64,000 bases of DNA, taken from positions 221,404,001-221,468,000 of the forward strand of contig NC_058368.1 of NCBI RefSeq assembly GCF_018350175.1. The letters run 5' to 3'. This document shows positions 13,679-27,211 of the stretch, one piece after another. The DNA is from Felis catus. Lineage: Eukaryota. The position numbers and the translations under genes are program-made. Below the pieces are notes generated by a model that saw only the letters and a list, made by a program, of their open reading frames with translations, was not told the origin of the DNA and did not search any database. How positions within the stretch are numbered: the stretch's first letter is position 1; each line of letters begins with the position of its first letter.

Positions 13679-14293
13679 TACTTCTTGTTTTTGCTTTTAG
13701 ACAAAGTGGTTGGATTTCTTTCCAAAGTGTCATTACACCACACCCTACTGAATCCAGCACTGTTTTTTTTTTTTTTTTTACATTGATTTCCTCAAGTGCA
13801 TATTCGAATGTCAGATATATCCATGCAGAAGTACGTGAGCACGTGCTTGGTGGCCTTGTACATGACCTAACCATCATGGTATTTTAGAAATAACCATCCA
13901 CTTAACATTTTTATTTTCGTGAACAAAATAGGTAGATATCAATAGCACAAAGTAACACTCTCTCTCTATTTTATAACTTTGTTTTGCCATTACGATAAGT
14001 TCAGAGTCAACTCACACTTCGAGTTCTAGAGCTATTCACAGTCAGGGTAGAAAAAAATGATTTCAGGTCAAACACAAAGTACCGCACTCTTGCATATTCT
14101 TAGTACTCAGTGCCACGTGTGCCCATATTTAGAAGAAAAATCTTGAATATGGTACGATGCAGAAAGGCAAAGCTTGTTAATTTGGCAGATTTCCGTGGTT
14201 ACCTTGGTCCTCCAAGAAAATCTGTTGTTTTTCATGTAAACATAGATTCCAAGCCTTCCCTAAGATTACTTCAATTTATATATCGTACTGTAT

Positions 14294-14504
14294 GGGGCGC
14301 CTGGGTGGCGCAGTCGGTTAAGCGTCCGACTTCAGCCAGGTCACGATCTCGCGGTCCGTGAGTTCGAGCCCCGCGTCGGGCTCTGGGCTGATGGCTCGGA
14401 GCCTGGAGCCTGTTTCCGATTCTGTGTCTCCCTCTCTCTCTGCCCCTCCCCCGTTCATGCTCTGTCTCTCTCTGTCCCAAAAATAAATAAACGTTGAAAA
14501 AAAA
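14294..14504 (+). mobile_element. Young felid CanSINE (SINEC_Fc, consensus-like)
   Basis: ggggcgcctgggtggcgcagtcggttaagcgtccgacttcagccagg with CpGs intact; perfect 17-bp TSD ttatatatcgtactgta at 14276-14292 and 14505-14521. Confidence 0.97.
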
Positions 14505-15714
14505 TTATATATCGTACTGTAGAATGACAAATTGGCACTTTCTTTTCCCTGGGTAATTTCTACATGTACAAGTAAGGGAAGAAATTAAAGGTCATTCATT
14601 CGTCTACAAAAATGTGTAGTCAGTAAACTCTTCTCTAAAAAACAATGGCACTGTCTTAAAAGTTTCAAGATAAAAAATCTTAAAAGCTCATAGCAAAGCT
14701 GTAATCATTTATAGTGATTTTTAACTGGCATTTCAGTTGTAGTACCAACCATTGCTGTCACTGTCTTTAATTTATCATTTGTTCTTAAAGAATATAAAGG
14801 CCTGGAAAACTGGGAAGACAAAATGATTGGTTTCAATTTCTTCATTAAAGAGCATATAGACATTTTTCTTGTTTTTATACTCAATAAAAATCTTCCATTT
14901 ACTTATATTTGAGGGAAAAAAATCAAAATCTTTTTCCAAAGCCTACGTTCTTAGGTTAAATTTTTCCTGAGGAAACATAATAAAGAGCTATGCTTGTGTA
15001 TGTTTATAAGCTTAGAATTCCTTTCTAAATTATCATAACAAATCATAATTAAACTCATAAAGTCATTGTCTGGACAGAGTGCACAGCCATATTTTTATGA
15101 TGGAGATATCAGATACCTGAATATCTTTGTTCTACTTTTGGAAATGCTATGAGATACACTATGTGTTTATTTTAATCTATGAATTTTACCTGTGGAGAAA
15201 AAAAATGTAAATATAAATCTATTTAACTGAAAGTCATGATAATTTTATTTTACAAGGGATTGATTTGATGAGTTTTTAACTGAAATATTAGTGTATATAA
15301 AGTATATAAATGATTTATATTATTTTATAACGTTGTGGATATGACTGTTATTTCATAGCATGGTCAGTATAAATCAAGATTAGTGTAAGTTTCTTCTATC
15401 AAAATACAACTTGAATAAAAGAGATCCATAATGATATAGCACTAGTCAACACATCACTATTAGTTTAAGTTGGTATTGCAAATAACTATTTAAGCCAAAT
15501 ATTTATTTTTAGTGGTTATTTTGTATGTTTTAATGGTTACATTTTAAAATATCCTAAGTACATAAAAAATATCTTTAATTTTGCCTTTTTATTGTAAACT
15601 CTAAAACATTTACTAGCTAGTCCTTTAAGATACCAATTTGCCAGACTCTGTGTCAAATGAACATAGAACAATGGAACGTCAGCAAATGTCTAGCTTATTT
15701 TTTTTAATTATTAT

Positions 15715-15840
15715 CCATGTGACCTCAAGCAGGATTCACTTACTTTACGTTAGCCTTGATTTCTTCATCTGCAAAATGAACATAATAATATTATTTGCTC
15801 ACCTTAAACATACAGTAATTCTCAAAGGAAATAATATTAC
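15715..15840. mobile_element. MIR relic
   Basis: tgtgacctcaagcaggattcacttac...ccttgatttcttcatctgcaaaatgaacataataata is the MIR core. Confidence 0.7.
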
Positions 15841-16590
15841 TCCCATCTCTTTGAAAAGTACATAACACTATAAAATGGACATATTATATGGAATCAGAAT
15901 ACACAAAGAGCTTGACTTTCAGAGAAGGCTCTGGAGTAACTGATGAATTGCAATCCCCAATAAGCTATATCGTAACATTGTTGATTTGAGGAATGTTACA
16001 CTAAATCTAAGTACCCTACCTAGCAAAAACTTTCTATAACCTTGTTCTTGGCAAGAGTTCAGGTCCTGCTAAGAAGTAGCTGTTGGTATACCTGTGTCCC
16101 TAATTAGCTCTTACCTGCTTCCCTCCTGGAAATAAGCCTCCATTGGCCACTGGCAGTGACAAATTTCCTGATAATGATTGGTTTCTTCTGGAATGTACGT
16201 ACCTATTATGGGATTTATGCTTTGTGATTCAATGGCTTGCAAAACACTTGCCCCTGATTTTGCTTGGCATCAGAGTATCTTTTATTGGCAGGATGTTGCC
16301 TCTCAAAGTAACTTTGATGGGTATGTCAGTTTTTTATAGGCTTCCTACACTACCTTGAAGGTCTGCCTTTCCTCTGATTTAATCTCTTCCTCAGTAGTTC
16401 TGGAATACTGAGGGACCATTATATGTAGTGCTTAGCTGGGCAAAGCCCCAACACTGAATTCCAAATAGATTAGGGCAGAGTTTCTACTATAAGAACCCCC
16501 TTTACCTACACAAATGTCATAAGTCTTGCTTGCTTGCATAACAGCAATACTCAGGAGGTGTAATGTAAAACCTAAGAATGAAATCCTTCT

Positions 16591-16796
16591 GCGTCCGACT
16601 TTGGCTCAAGTCATGATCTCGCGGTTGACGAGTTTGAGCCCCAGGTTGGGCTGTGTGCTGACAGCTCAGAGCCTGGAGCCTGCTTCAGACTCTGTGTCTC
16701 CCTCTCTCTCTGCCCCTTCCCCGCTCATGCTCTGTCTCTCTCTGTCTCAAAAAAAGAAAAAAATAACTAAACATTAAAAAAAAAAAATTAAAAAAA
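16591..16796 (+). mobile_element. 5'-truncated felid CanSINE
   Basis: Starts at gcgtccgac with the A-box region missing; perfect 14-bp TSD aatgaaatccttct at 16577-16590 and 16797-16810. Confidence 0.94.
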
Positions 16797-18894
16797 AATG
16801 AAATCCTTCTAGTGGATGTCTCTATGTTGTATACCAGGTCACAAAACACAGTGGTACAAGAGTGCTCCTGTGTTTACTTTGTATGAAAACCATACCAGCA
16901 AAAATCCCTCATAAGGGTGCCCTTCAGTACTAACTCAAACAGAAATACTTGTATTAGACTACTAAAATTTTCTTTTTTGATACCGTGATGGTCAAGAGAT
17001 TATGTCAGGTCTCAGGGCAATTTAAAGACACCCTCGACTTCCACGAGCTTCAGGGTTCTTCTGCGTCTGAGTCTCTTATGCTCACTACCAAACCTCAGAC
17101 CTACTGAGCATAAAGTATTTACCCCTAAGACATCAGAATTTTTACACATTATGACCTTTGACCAGCCCATGTATTCCCCTGCCTTTTCGAAAAATGAATT
17201 GAGGAGTTGGCCCTAAGAGGGCTTCTTCCATAGAGATCCTTAGCTAAGATGTTCATTCAAGAACATGTCAAAACTCAATTCAGAAAAGCCTGAATTCTCC
17301 CATCAAGTTGCAAACTTTGAAAGCAATCAAAGTTCACCAGAACAAGGATAATAGTCTTCCTATTAATTTTAAGTGTTGGAGAGAAAACATAAAGCTTATG
17401 TCATAATAATTCTGGAATAAGTAGAATTACTTCAAGTTATTTATAAAAATCTTACTCCCATTCTTATTATAATTTTATGCATTTAAATTATTGCTAAATC
17501 ATCATGCTTTAGAGTAAGTTTTATAATTATGTGATTTTTTTCTCAATTAAAGCCACTAAAAGCAGAGTGTAGCAACTTAAGTTTACCACAATCCATCATC
17601 TTGCAACTAGTTGTGAGTATGTTTGTCCTCTGTCGTTAATATAATAAGTTGCATGCTTTAATTATAAATGAAGATATAAATTGTGAAATATTAATTTTCT
17701 CAAGAAATGTTTATTAATAATATATAATTCTTATATTTTCAGATCCATAACACTGAGTTTAAAATTAGTAAAAAAAACAGACTTAAAATGACAATTTTAT
17801 GAATTTAAAAATGACTCATTTTTAAGTGGAGAAGAGTACATACAGAGTAAGACTGAACAACACTTAATGAAATTGCAAAGTTCTTTTATCATTATGGAAG
17901 ATGACGTGTATAAAAAGGTACCTTAAAATAACCAGTGTTTTCTCCATTAGAAATCAAGCCCCTAATTTTTGGTCTTTAGATAAGAAAAATAACACTATGT
18001 GATAATGGCAAACGGACCTTGCTTTGTAACCCCTTTGAGATAACTGCCCTGAATGAGATAGTTCTAGTGTGGTGAATTGTGAAAGCTTTTCATATACCCA
18101 AGCAGGGCAGAAGCATCTGGAAGTCTAATTCCCCAAAGATTTCTCTGTGCTGCTTTTAAACAGAATAGTAAAATGATGGAGCTGGTAAACATCTGCCAGT
18201 TACAGGAAACCGATATTTTGTTCAATAGGGCACTATACCGTGTGTTCAGCAAGAATTTACTGTGGGTCTACTCTATATCTGGTACTTACATTAAACACTG
18301 TGAGAGCTGTCAAATACTATAGGTCCTTTTACATAAACACATATGTTGAAGTTTGGAAAGAAATCAGGTAAGCCCCAAGAATAAAAATGCAGAGATCAGG
18401 AAATTGTATTCTGATAACACTTCAAGAGACTTTTTGAAATGGTTGGAAGTTACTGTATAGGCAGATCAAGATGAAATTTTAATAATGGGCAAGAAATTTA
18501 CATTTTATTCGATAAGCAGCTGGGGACTATGGAGCTTCCCTTGACAAATGAGTGACATGTCAATTTCTAAGCTTTATAATAAATAATATGCCTTCAGATG
18601 TTACTCTTAACCACCATCAGTAGGACACGTTGGTAAATTAGGGTAATAGCTTCTGGAATCAAATTTCAGATATTATTGGCCAGCTAACCTCTTCTTGAAG
18701 GGTGCGATAAAATAACATCAACACTCTACTACTACAGGCAACACAACAGCAGTCCAAATGCAGAAATATAGTGAGCTAGACTATATTGTCATGGTGTGCC
18801 TAATAGCATTAGTCACTTACAGCCAAAGCCAAAGCCAAAGCCAACGCCAGAAATCAAACAAAAACAAAAACAAACAAACAAACAAAAACCCACA

Positions 18895-19158
18895 ACACTG
18901 CATTAATGATACAATGGATATGTTGCGGTCGGGGGGGAAGGACCCCTTATCTTTTACACAGCACACTGAAGTATTTAGAGACAGGATAACATTGCATCTA
19001 GGTTTTGCTTCAACTGTGTCCAAGAACAGAGTGAGAGAATATAGAGGAAACAAGATTGGCCACAGCCAAATGATGAAGCCGGATGATGCGAGCGTAGGTG
19101 TCTATCGATACTGTGTCCTTTACTTTTTATATTTGTCTGAAGTTTTGTAATAGAAAGT
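18895..19158 (+). mobile_element. Old L1M (L1MC/ME-like) 3' end
   Basis: ccttatctttta...cactgaagtatttaga...gataacattgcatctaggttttgcttcaa...aagattggcca...tactgtgtcctttactttt...gtaatagaaag. Confidence 0.7.
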
Positions 19159-19884
19159 TGGAAAACAATAGAAACTAGGTCAAAGGAAATGGGCTCTTCG
19201 TCTATTTCTTCTCCAGTGCTCACCAGGCATCTCAGATTTCACCCATTCACACGATGATACTTCCAGGGCTCATTCAACAGTGAAAAACAGATTACACAAA
19301 AGCATGGGAGGGATTTTACCCAATACCAAAATATTATATCTTTTTTTTCTGGCTACGGTCTCATCCCACAAGCCACACCCCTATATGGTAGCTGACCTGT
19401 TTATGGGATTGGAATCAGGTTTATTGATTTTTATCCATTCTTGATGGAAGAGGATACAGTGAAAATGAGAGTACAGCTAATACCACTTGTCAACCATAAG
19501 AAGTTGGTACTGATGTTTTTCAGTTGATGCGACTTCTGGTGTCATCGAAAACTGAACTATGAGAGAATCAGCATCCACTCTGAAAGAAGTCATGTATCTC
19601 TTTAACTTAATATATTTAAACCTGAACTTTATGCAAGAATGTAAGTTGTAGCTCCTTCTTCCCTTTGTTTGCATAGATGTATACAAAAAAAGGAGAAAAA
19701 ATCGCAAGAGGGAGGGATAAGTAAAACAAATCGAAGATTATGCATTTTCTTCATTTTTCTCTAGCTTACACTTGTTAGGAACAAGAAATGGTGAGTTAGC
19801 CTACCAAAACTCCAATGTCAATCAAGAAAAAATCTTGAGTTTCTCATGATGCATAACCTTCCTTTAAAAATGTATAAATAGGTT

Positions 19885-20099
19885 GGGACGCCTGGATGGC
19901 TCAGTGGGTTAAGCGTTAGGCTCAGGCCAAGATCTCACAGTTCATCACTTCAAGCCCTGTGTTGGGCTCTGTGCTGACTTCTCAGAGCCTAAAGCCTGCT
20001 AGGATTCTGTGTCTCCCTCTTTCTCTGCCCTCCCCAACTCACACTTTGTCTCTCTCTCTCTTTCTCAGAAGTAAATAAAAACATATAAAACCTTTTAAA
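19885..20099 (+). mobile_element. CanSINE
   Basis: tRNA-like head, CT tract and tail; TSD aatgtataaatagg. Confidence 0.93.
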
Positions 20100-20191
20100 C
20101 AATGTATAAATAGGCTTAAGTTGTATGATAATCAGCTTTTTTGCTATTAAAAACCAGTTGAAAACCTTCCCACGTTAAAAACATATTGATT

Positions 20192-20319
20192 GGGGCACCT
20201 GGGTGGCTCAGTTGGTTAAGCGACCGACTTCGGCTCAGATCATGATCTCGCGATTCGTGAGTTCGAGCCCTGCGTCAGGCTCTGTGCTGACAGCTCAGAG
20301 CCTGGAGCCTGCTTCGGAT

Positions 20320-20356
<37 letters not shown>

Positions 20357-20421
20357 TCCTCCACTGCTCATGCTCTGTGTCTCTCTGTCTCTCAATAATA
20401 AATAAACGTTAAAAAAATTAA
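20192..20421 (+). mobile_element. Felid CanSINE
   Basis: Full length with (CT)n; TSD aaaaacatattgat. Confidence 0.95.
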
Positions 20422-22084
20422 AAAAACATATTGATATATGTATACTAATGATGCATTCATTTATCAGACTTTCTTATTTACATCTAATCAATACATTAGT
20501 ATCTGCAGTTTTTCATTATTATAAGCAATGACATAATGCACAATATTTTCTCAATAAACATCTCTAAAGTCATCTGATTTATGTATACACACATATATAC
20601 CTGCTCTTTTGTTACAAATGTCAAAATTGTTCCCTTGATATTAGCAGTTAGGTGTCCAGAAGAATTGTTTTTATTATGCTTTGTAACATAATTGCCAAAA
20701 ATATCATGGTATAATTTCATTTTACATCTCTAATGGGAAAATTTTCCTTAGGGTTCACAATATACGCAAAAGTATGACATATTTAGCCTACATCCAATTG
20801 GACATCATCATTAAGCAATGAAAAAAGTTTTCTTTTCAGTTTTCATAGTGTGTATATTGCCTGTTTGAGTAAAAACAGTCGCTGATTTTTATTGGGACCT
20901 TATTTTGTAGGTTACCTTTTTGATACTGCATATCTACTAACTCATTTAGTCTGATTCCCTCATATCCATGAACTCATTTCATACTTTTTTTATCCTCCTT
21001 TTTTATCTGAGGAAATGAAGGCAAATGTTATTTAAGCAAGTAGCCCAAGCATCCGTGAGTACCGTTTGCTGTTGTCATGTGGCTGTGCTGTTTTCATCCC
21101 GGAGAGTGAGCCCCCCAAGTTGCTGCTGTTGTCACCACAATTTTTACCGCTGCACCATTATTACAAAAACTTAAGTCCATATATTTGATGTACACAAGAG
21201 AGTACAAATGTTATTTCAGTCCAGGGTATGTTAAGACCCTGTATTCCTGTGGAGAGTTGAAATTATTTTAATAAGGAAAACAGAGTAGCAAGGCAGATAG
21301 AAGTCTCTTGTTCTTTATGACGTGGCGGCAGCAAATTGTTGACTTTTGCCGAGAGTGAAAAAAAAAAACAAACAAACAAAAAACAAGTTGACAGGAGAGG
21401 AAACTAGATATTACCGTCAGCGTAACTGCGGGTGGAAGGAGACAACGGTATTCAGAAGTTAATGGAGTCACCATGAAACCCAAAGAAAAAGTTCAATTTA
21501 GTAAATAAGTAAATAAGAACAAGAGGGAGATCCTGTAAAGCCACTCTGTACCAATATCAGCTTTACGATGCTATATAAAGTATTTTCAGCTTAAGGCCTG
21601 TCAAATGCGGTTAGAGCCTGAGAAAGCTCAATTATTTTTCTGTAATATAGAGTCACCTGCTGTGGCATAGACGCTGAAGATACGGTATGGTGAGATTTCA
21701 ATACACATTAAACAGAAGTTAGAAATAAATGGACAATGATATACGTGTATCAAGAAGGAATTAAGCATTTCACAGCAGCCATTGTTTGAAATGGAATAGC
21801 ACTTTATTTGCCTATATAAAATTTTACTGAACTATTATCTGAATAGGTACCAGGACATTAAGTTTAAAGTTGTCTTAAACTTTGATTGAATGAGGAATGC
21901 TGTGTACAACTTAAGAAACTGTTAGAAATATAAAGTGGGTGGTTTTATTCCATCTCAAATATGGCTCCTGTAGAAACTAGGAAGTAGAGTTCAAGGCGTG
22001 CGCGTTGTTACCTTATTCTGGATGTAATACAGCATGAACAGTTTAATCACAGTAATGTTTCATTGAAGAAAAATTGAGGAAGGT

Positions 22085-22770
22085 GTGTAGTTTTGCAACT
22101 TTACTGAGTGTAGCCTGTGAAATAAGCTCCACACCTGTAAAGTGCAAATCAGATGTGTATACCTCTGACACCGTAATCAAGATATGGCACATTTTCACCA
22201 TCTCTTTGTGACCCCTTGCTGTACCCCCATCCTCCACCAATCACTTTCCTGGCTTCTGGCATTTTGATTAGGTTTCCATATCTTTAATTTTTTTATAAAT
22301 GGAATTATATAGTAGTTCCTTATGTACTATTTGTGTCTGGCTCGTTTCAGTCAACATAAAGACCGTGTGGTTCAGTTTTCAAGTATAGAAGTAGTTTTTT
22401 TTTTTTTCCTTTTAACTGATGAGTAGTGTTTCGCTGTATGCATGTATCTATTGGTACATTTGGATCGTTTCCAATTTTTTGCTGTTAGGAATAAAGTCAA
22501 TCATTTGTATATCAGTCTTTGAATGGACAGATGCTTTCTCTTCTTTGGGATAAATACCTTGGAATGAGATAGTGGCGTCACATAAGAGGTGTATGTTTAA
22601 CTTTTCAAGAAATGACCAAAATGTTTGCTGAAAGTGGTTGTATGTTTTATAGTCCCTCAAGCAGTGTGTGAGGGTTACAGGTGTTCTGAATCATTGTCTA
22701 TACTTGGTATTGTTAGTTTTTTTTTCTTTTTAATTTTACCGATGCTAACAGATGCATGGTAGCAGAAATG
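22085..22770 (-). mobile_element. Old L1M 3' portion (ORF2 C-terminus plus 3' UTR)
   Basis: ORF 22448..22660(-) TFWSFLEKLNIHLLCDATISFQGIYPKE resembles the L1 ORF2 C-terminal WRFLKxLxIELPYDPAIPLLGIYPKE motif. Confidence 0.85.
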
Positions 22771-23113
22771 ACTTTAAACAATTAAATATATAGTTTTGAA
22801 TTAAGAGGTCCATGTAAATTAAGACTTTTTCAGTCTTAGTTTTTAATGAACAGAAATTCATTTGATAGTACTTTTCACTCCACTGCTTCCAGATCTTTCT
22901 ACCTTCCATAAATTTACAATCACTGGGCTTCCCTTCCCTCCTTTCTGGCTCTCCACAGAGGGTCAAAATATCTGCTCAATAAGGACATAAACACAACTTT
23001 CTTTTATTCTATTAAGGAATACTGTTCATTATGTAGTATTTTATGTGCAATTCTTTAATAACTTGTTTTTGGTCATTGCTAAAAATGTGTGTGGTTTGAA
23101 ATTTATACACATA

Positions 23114-23282
23114 GGGGTGCCTGGATGGCTCAGTCAGTTGGGCGTCTGACTTCGGCTCAGGTCATGATCTCGTGGTTCACGGGTTCGAGCCCCACATTGG
23201 GCTCTGTGCTGACAGCTCAGAGCCTGGAGTTTGCTTTGTGGATTCTGTCTCCCTCTCTCTCTCTGCCCCTTCCCAGCTCATA

Positions 23283-23326
<44 letters not shown>

Positions 23327-23358
23327 TAAATAAAACATTAAAAAAATTTAAAAAAAAA
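23114..23358 (+). mobile_element. Felid CanSINE
   Basis: Full length; perfect 16-bp TSD gaaatttatacacata. Confidence 0.95.
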
Positions 23359-23667
23359 GAAATTTATACACATAATTCTAGACATCACTAATTTTCAGTG
23401 GTTTTTAAGTGAATTTGATATGAATTGAATTTAGTAATCTTAAGGTTGTACATAATATTTACTTCATTTTGTTTGCACTTTATAATCATATCTATAAGAT
23501 GCAAAGTAAAATCAATATGAGCTAACAGGAAAGGGGTAAAATACCAAGCAATTGTGTCTACCAAAAGTCACTTGTTTTCTTTTAATTATGTAATGTGTTT
23601 TTTTGTTGTATTTTAAATTAACTTCCTACTGAAGTGCAAATGTGGTTTTAAGAATACAAAATATATT

Positions 23668-23890
23668 GGGGCACCTGGGTGGTTCAGTGGGTTAAGCGTC
23701 CCACTTTGGCTCAGGTCATGATCTCACAGTTTGTGAGTTCAAGCCCCACATCCCCACATCAGGCTGTCAGCTGTCAGTGCAGATTTCACTTCAGATCCTC
23801 TGCTCCCTGTCTCTCTGCCTCTCCCCCACTTGTGCATGCATGCACACACTCTCTCTCTTTCTCTCTCTCAAGAATAAATGAACATTAAAA
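23668..23890 (+). mobile_element. CanSINE (first of a tandem pair)
   Basis: ggggcacctgggtggttcag head, CT tract and A tail. Confidence 0.92.
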
Positions 23891-23901
23891 AAAATGAATT
23901 T

Positions 23902-24107
23902 GGGGTGCCTGGGTGACTTAGTGGGTTAAGTGTCCACCTTCTTCTCAGGTCATGATCTCATGGTCCGTGGGTCCCAACCCCGCGTTAGGCTCTGTGCTGA
24001 CAGCTCAGAGTCTGGAGCCTGCTTCAGATTCTGTGTCTCGCTCTCTCTCTGCCTCTCCCCTGCTCACTTTCTGTCTCTCTCAAAATAAATAAACATTGAA
24101 ACATTTT
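23902..24107 (+). mobile_element. CanSINE inserted into the tail of the previous SINE
   Basis: Flanked by aaaaaatgaatt / aaaaaatgaact TSD. Confidence 0.92.
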
Positions 24108-25019
24108 AAAAAATGAACTTAATATGTATTTAAAAATATAACATATTGATGTGGTATGTTCATTTTTAAATTATGTTCCTTAATTTAAGTTAATTTTAAT
24201 CTTAATTAAACTGCCGTTCATTTTTAAATGACCAGGATAATACAAGAAAAGGCTAAGGATCCATTCTAGGTGTAATATGACAACAATGTCCTTTCAAAGG
24301 AATGATTATACTTACTTAAAAAAAATAGCAATTTTTTTTCATGTATTCCATGTGCAACATCAAATCAATGACTCCTGGCTGATTCTTAAGTGACTTGAGC
24401 TATGAAAACAAAATATTCTTGCCATAATGTTACTTATAGAATAAAATTGTTAGGGATATGACAGGGTGGGAGAGGGGAGAAAGAGTGTATTTGCTTATAG
24501 CCTTTCCTTCTTGGCCGCTTGATTATTTCTGAAGTAAGTAGAAAAGATATTCCAAATTATTAGCCAAATAGATAACATAATTTAATAGCTGAATGAAATC
24601 GTAGAGATAACATATGCTCATTTCCTCACATTTTCCAATAAAATTTTAACTGGAAGTTTTTGAAATGGCTCCGGGTTACAAAGCTCATAGTGCCGGAATT
24701 TTGACCATAGTCCAAGCTTCTGATAGCCAGTTGAGTTTTTCTTTATTTCCAGGAGTTCATAGTGTTTCAAATTCATGGGCATGTATGAATAAAGCAGGCC
24801 TCAAAAAATGTGAAAAATTTACCTTAAAGGCTGTTAAATTCAGCCATTCCACGCTTATCCTTACACCGAGGCCGAAATAGGTATAACATAGGAGAATCTC
24901 TTAGTATTGACCAAACAGCCCAGTGTTAGTAGTTAACTCAATGCTGCTGGCAAAAGGTCAGTTTGTTAATACTTTGCTAGGTTCCTTGCTTGTTTTATTT
25001 ACTATTTATTTATTTCTTT

Positions 25020-25049
25020 TTAATTATTTTTATTTTTAATGTTTATTAT

Positions 25050-25099
<50 letters not shown>

Positions 25100-25258
25100 A
25101 GCATGGGAAGGCAGAGAGAGGGAGACACAGAATCCAAAGCAGGCTCCAGGCTCCAAGCTGTCAGCACAGAGCCAGACACAGGGCTGGAAGTCACAAGCCA
25201 GGAGATCATGACCTGAGTTGAAGTTGGACGCTTAACCAGCTGAGCCACCCAGGTGCCT
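25020..25258 (-). mobile_element. Felid CanSINE with long (GA)n
   Basis: Reverse head gagccacccaggtgcc; (GA)n at 25053-25095. Confidence 0.94.
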
Positions 25259-26609
25259 CAATATGTTTATTTTTAATTTAAAACAATTAACACTAAAGTT
25301 CTGGGATTTCCTTTCTCCTGATAATTAAGTCACCAAAACAAAAATGATGCAGGGAGGTAATATTTGAATCTGAAGTCCACAGAGAAGCAAGATGAGATTC
25401 ATATAAGAATCATAAGACAAACATCAACACAATCGTCTTAATATCATAATAATCAAGATCATGAATGCCTATGAGAAATCTAAGCAGAGAAATTTCTGTG
25501 CGTATCAATCACAATCTTCCTATCAGCTTAGAGTATGTTTTTCCTTTATTACACGATAATCTCAATTCCTCGCTTGTTAGTACAGACCCAAGTAAATGAA
25601 GAAAGACTGGCTTCCATTTAGATACCCATTTGGAGTGTTGACTACAACGTGACGCTGACAAGCATATTGCTTAGACACAGTGCAGACCAGTAAGACTTGT
25701 CTGGGAAAGGAAGACATCAGATTTTCCACTAAGTGCCAAAGACCAAAGGACAATTACTTGGCTCTTTTTATTCCTAATTCCCCATCATTAAAATATGAAT
25801 AAAATACTTATCGTAAGTTATATCAAAAGATTCCTGTAAAAATCAAATGAGATGATAGGTGGGAAATTTCTTGGCAAAGTTTAAGGTCTGAATTAATTTG
25901 AGTTATCATCATTCTTTTCTTTTAGACAGAATTTTTATTAGAAGCCTTGAAAAAGTGTGGTCACAGAATTTTTCTGTAAGATTATGAATGTGTCTGAGAA
26001 TTTCAGCAGGCCATATGAAATAAATGGTAGGATTCAAATGAGGTTCAAGAAACTTCTAGATAATGCATAAACACACTAGAAATGAATTCTTCAACTCCAC
26101 AATTCCTATGAACTTTGCTGTTGCATTACTTCTGCTGGAGAACTGAGATATCAGAAATCATCAAAATTTAGGCCTACTATATTTTTAGTAAGTGTTCTTG
26201 GGATAGCCATGCATTAAGATAGGGTCATTTTCCAGTTTAGAAAACAATAATTACTATTTCTGAGGAAGAGGGAGGATGAATTGCAAAAGAGATTTTTTGT
26301 TGTTGTTGCAACAATTTGTGCTGATGAAATGACATCATTTGGAAGTTCTAGATTGTTTATTCTTTAGGTTAAAGAAATTTTGTTGTTGGATTTCTTTTTC
26401 AACTAAGTTATACATAACTATTTACTGTGGCTAAAATATTACAAAATAATATTTTATCAAACATAATTTACAAGATTAATTTTTGAAAGATGTAAATGTA
26501 TTTTTTCAAATCACAAAAACAAGAAAAGTTTCTTATTCTTTTAGAAGCCAGTATTTTTTTGTTGGTTTTAGTGTTTGGACATTTCTAAACATCAAGATTT
26601 TACTGTGAA

Positions 26610-26830
26610 AGGACCTGCGATTTAATTCTGAATCTGCTCTCTGCTGGCTGGAAGGCACTGATAAATATCTTTAGTTTCTCAGAATCTTAGCTTACTTAAC
26701 AGAAAATTTTAAAAGTAATAATAATAATATCTGCTTAATGAGATTGTTTTAAGGATCCATGGACAGCAGCTATAGTAAAAGTCCATGCAAAATATCTGAC
26801 ATGTGGAAAGCGTCTCATATGTAGTATCTA
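26610..26830. mobile_element. MIR relic
   Basis: gacctgcgatttaattctgaatctgctct...gtttctcagaatcttag...aataataataatatctgcttaatgagattgttttaaggat. Confidence 0.6.
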
Positions 26831-27211
26831 TAACTATCACTACCATATCTTTGCCATACTCCCCACATAATAGTATCATTTTACTTTGTCACTCACAAGT
26901 GGACTTCCACATGAAATCATTTTTTCAACATAGGTTAAAAAAGAACACTGCAGAATCACTCCTATTGTCTGTAGAAAATGTTTAAGGTTTAAGGTGAAAG
27001 ATACTTGGAGCCTGTGTCATTTAGAAGAAGCATCAGTGCAGTCATATGCCGTTGGGGTTTCCAGGTAGAAACTTTCTACTATGGAACAAAGTTATCTTAA
27101 CTGTATGTACACTTGTTAGAGCATTGCTTGTGTAGTTTTTCAAATAGCACTTGAAGTTAGCAGGGACAATAATTACTGGTGGATAGGGTTCAAGAAAATA
27201 AGAACTGTCTT

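Noticed and set aside
14294..14380. tRNA gene-like A/B boxes in SINE heads
   Set aside because: tRNA-derived SINE heads followed by a CT tract, A tail and TSD; not tRNA genes
18097..18152. Additional minus-strand exon candidate (aag|CAGCACAGAG...CTTGG|gtatat)
   Set aside because: Weak donor, and it introduces a stop when joined in phase to the 19.5 kb segment
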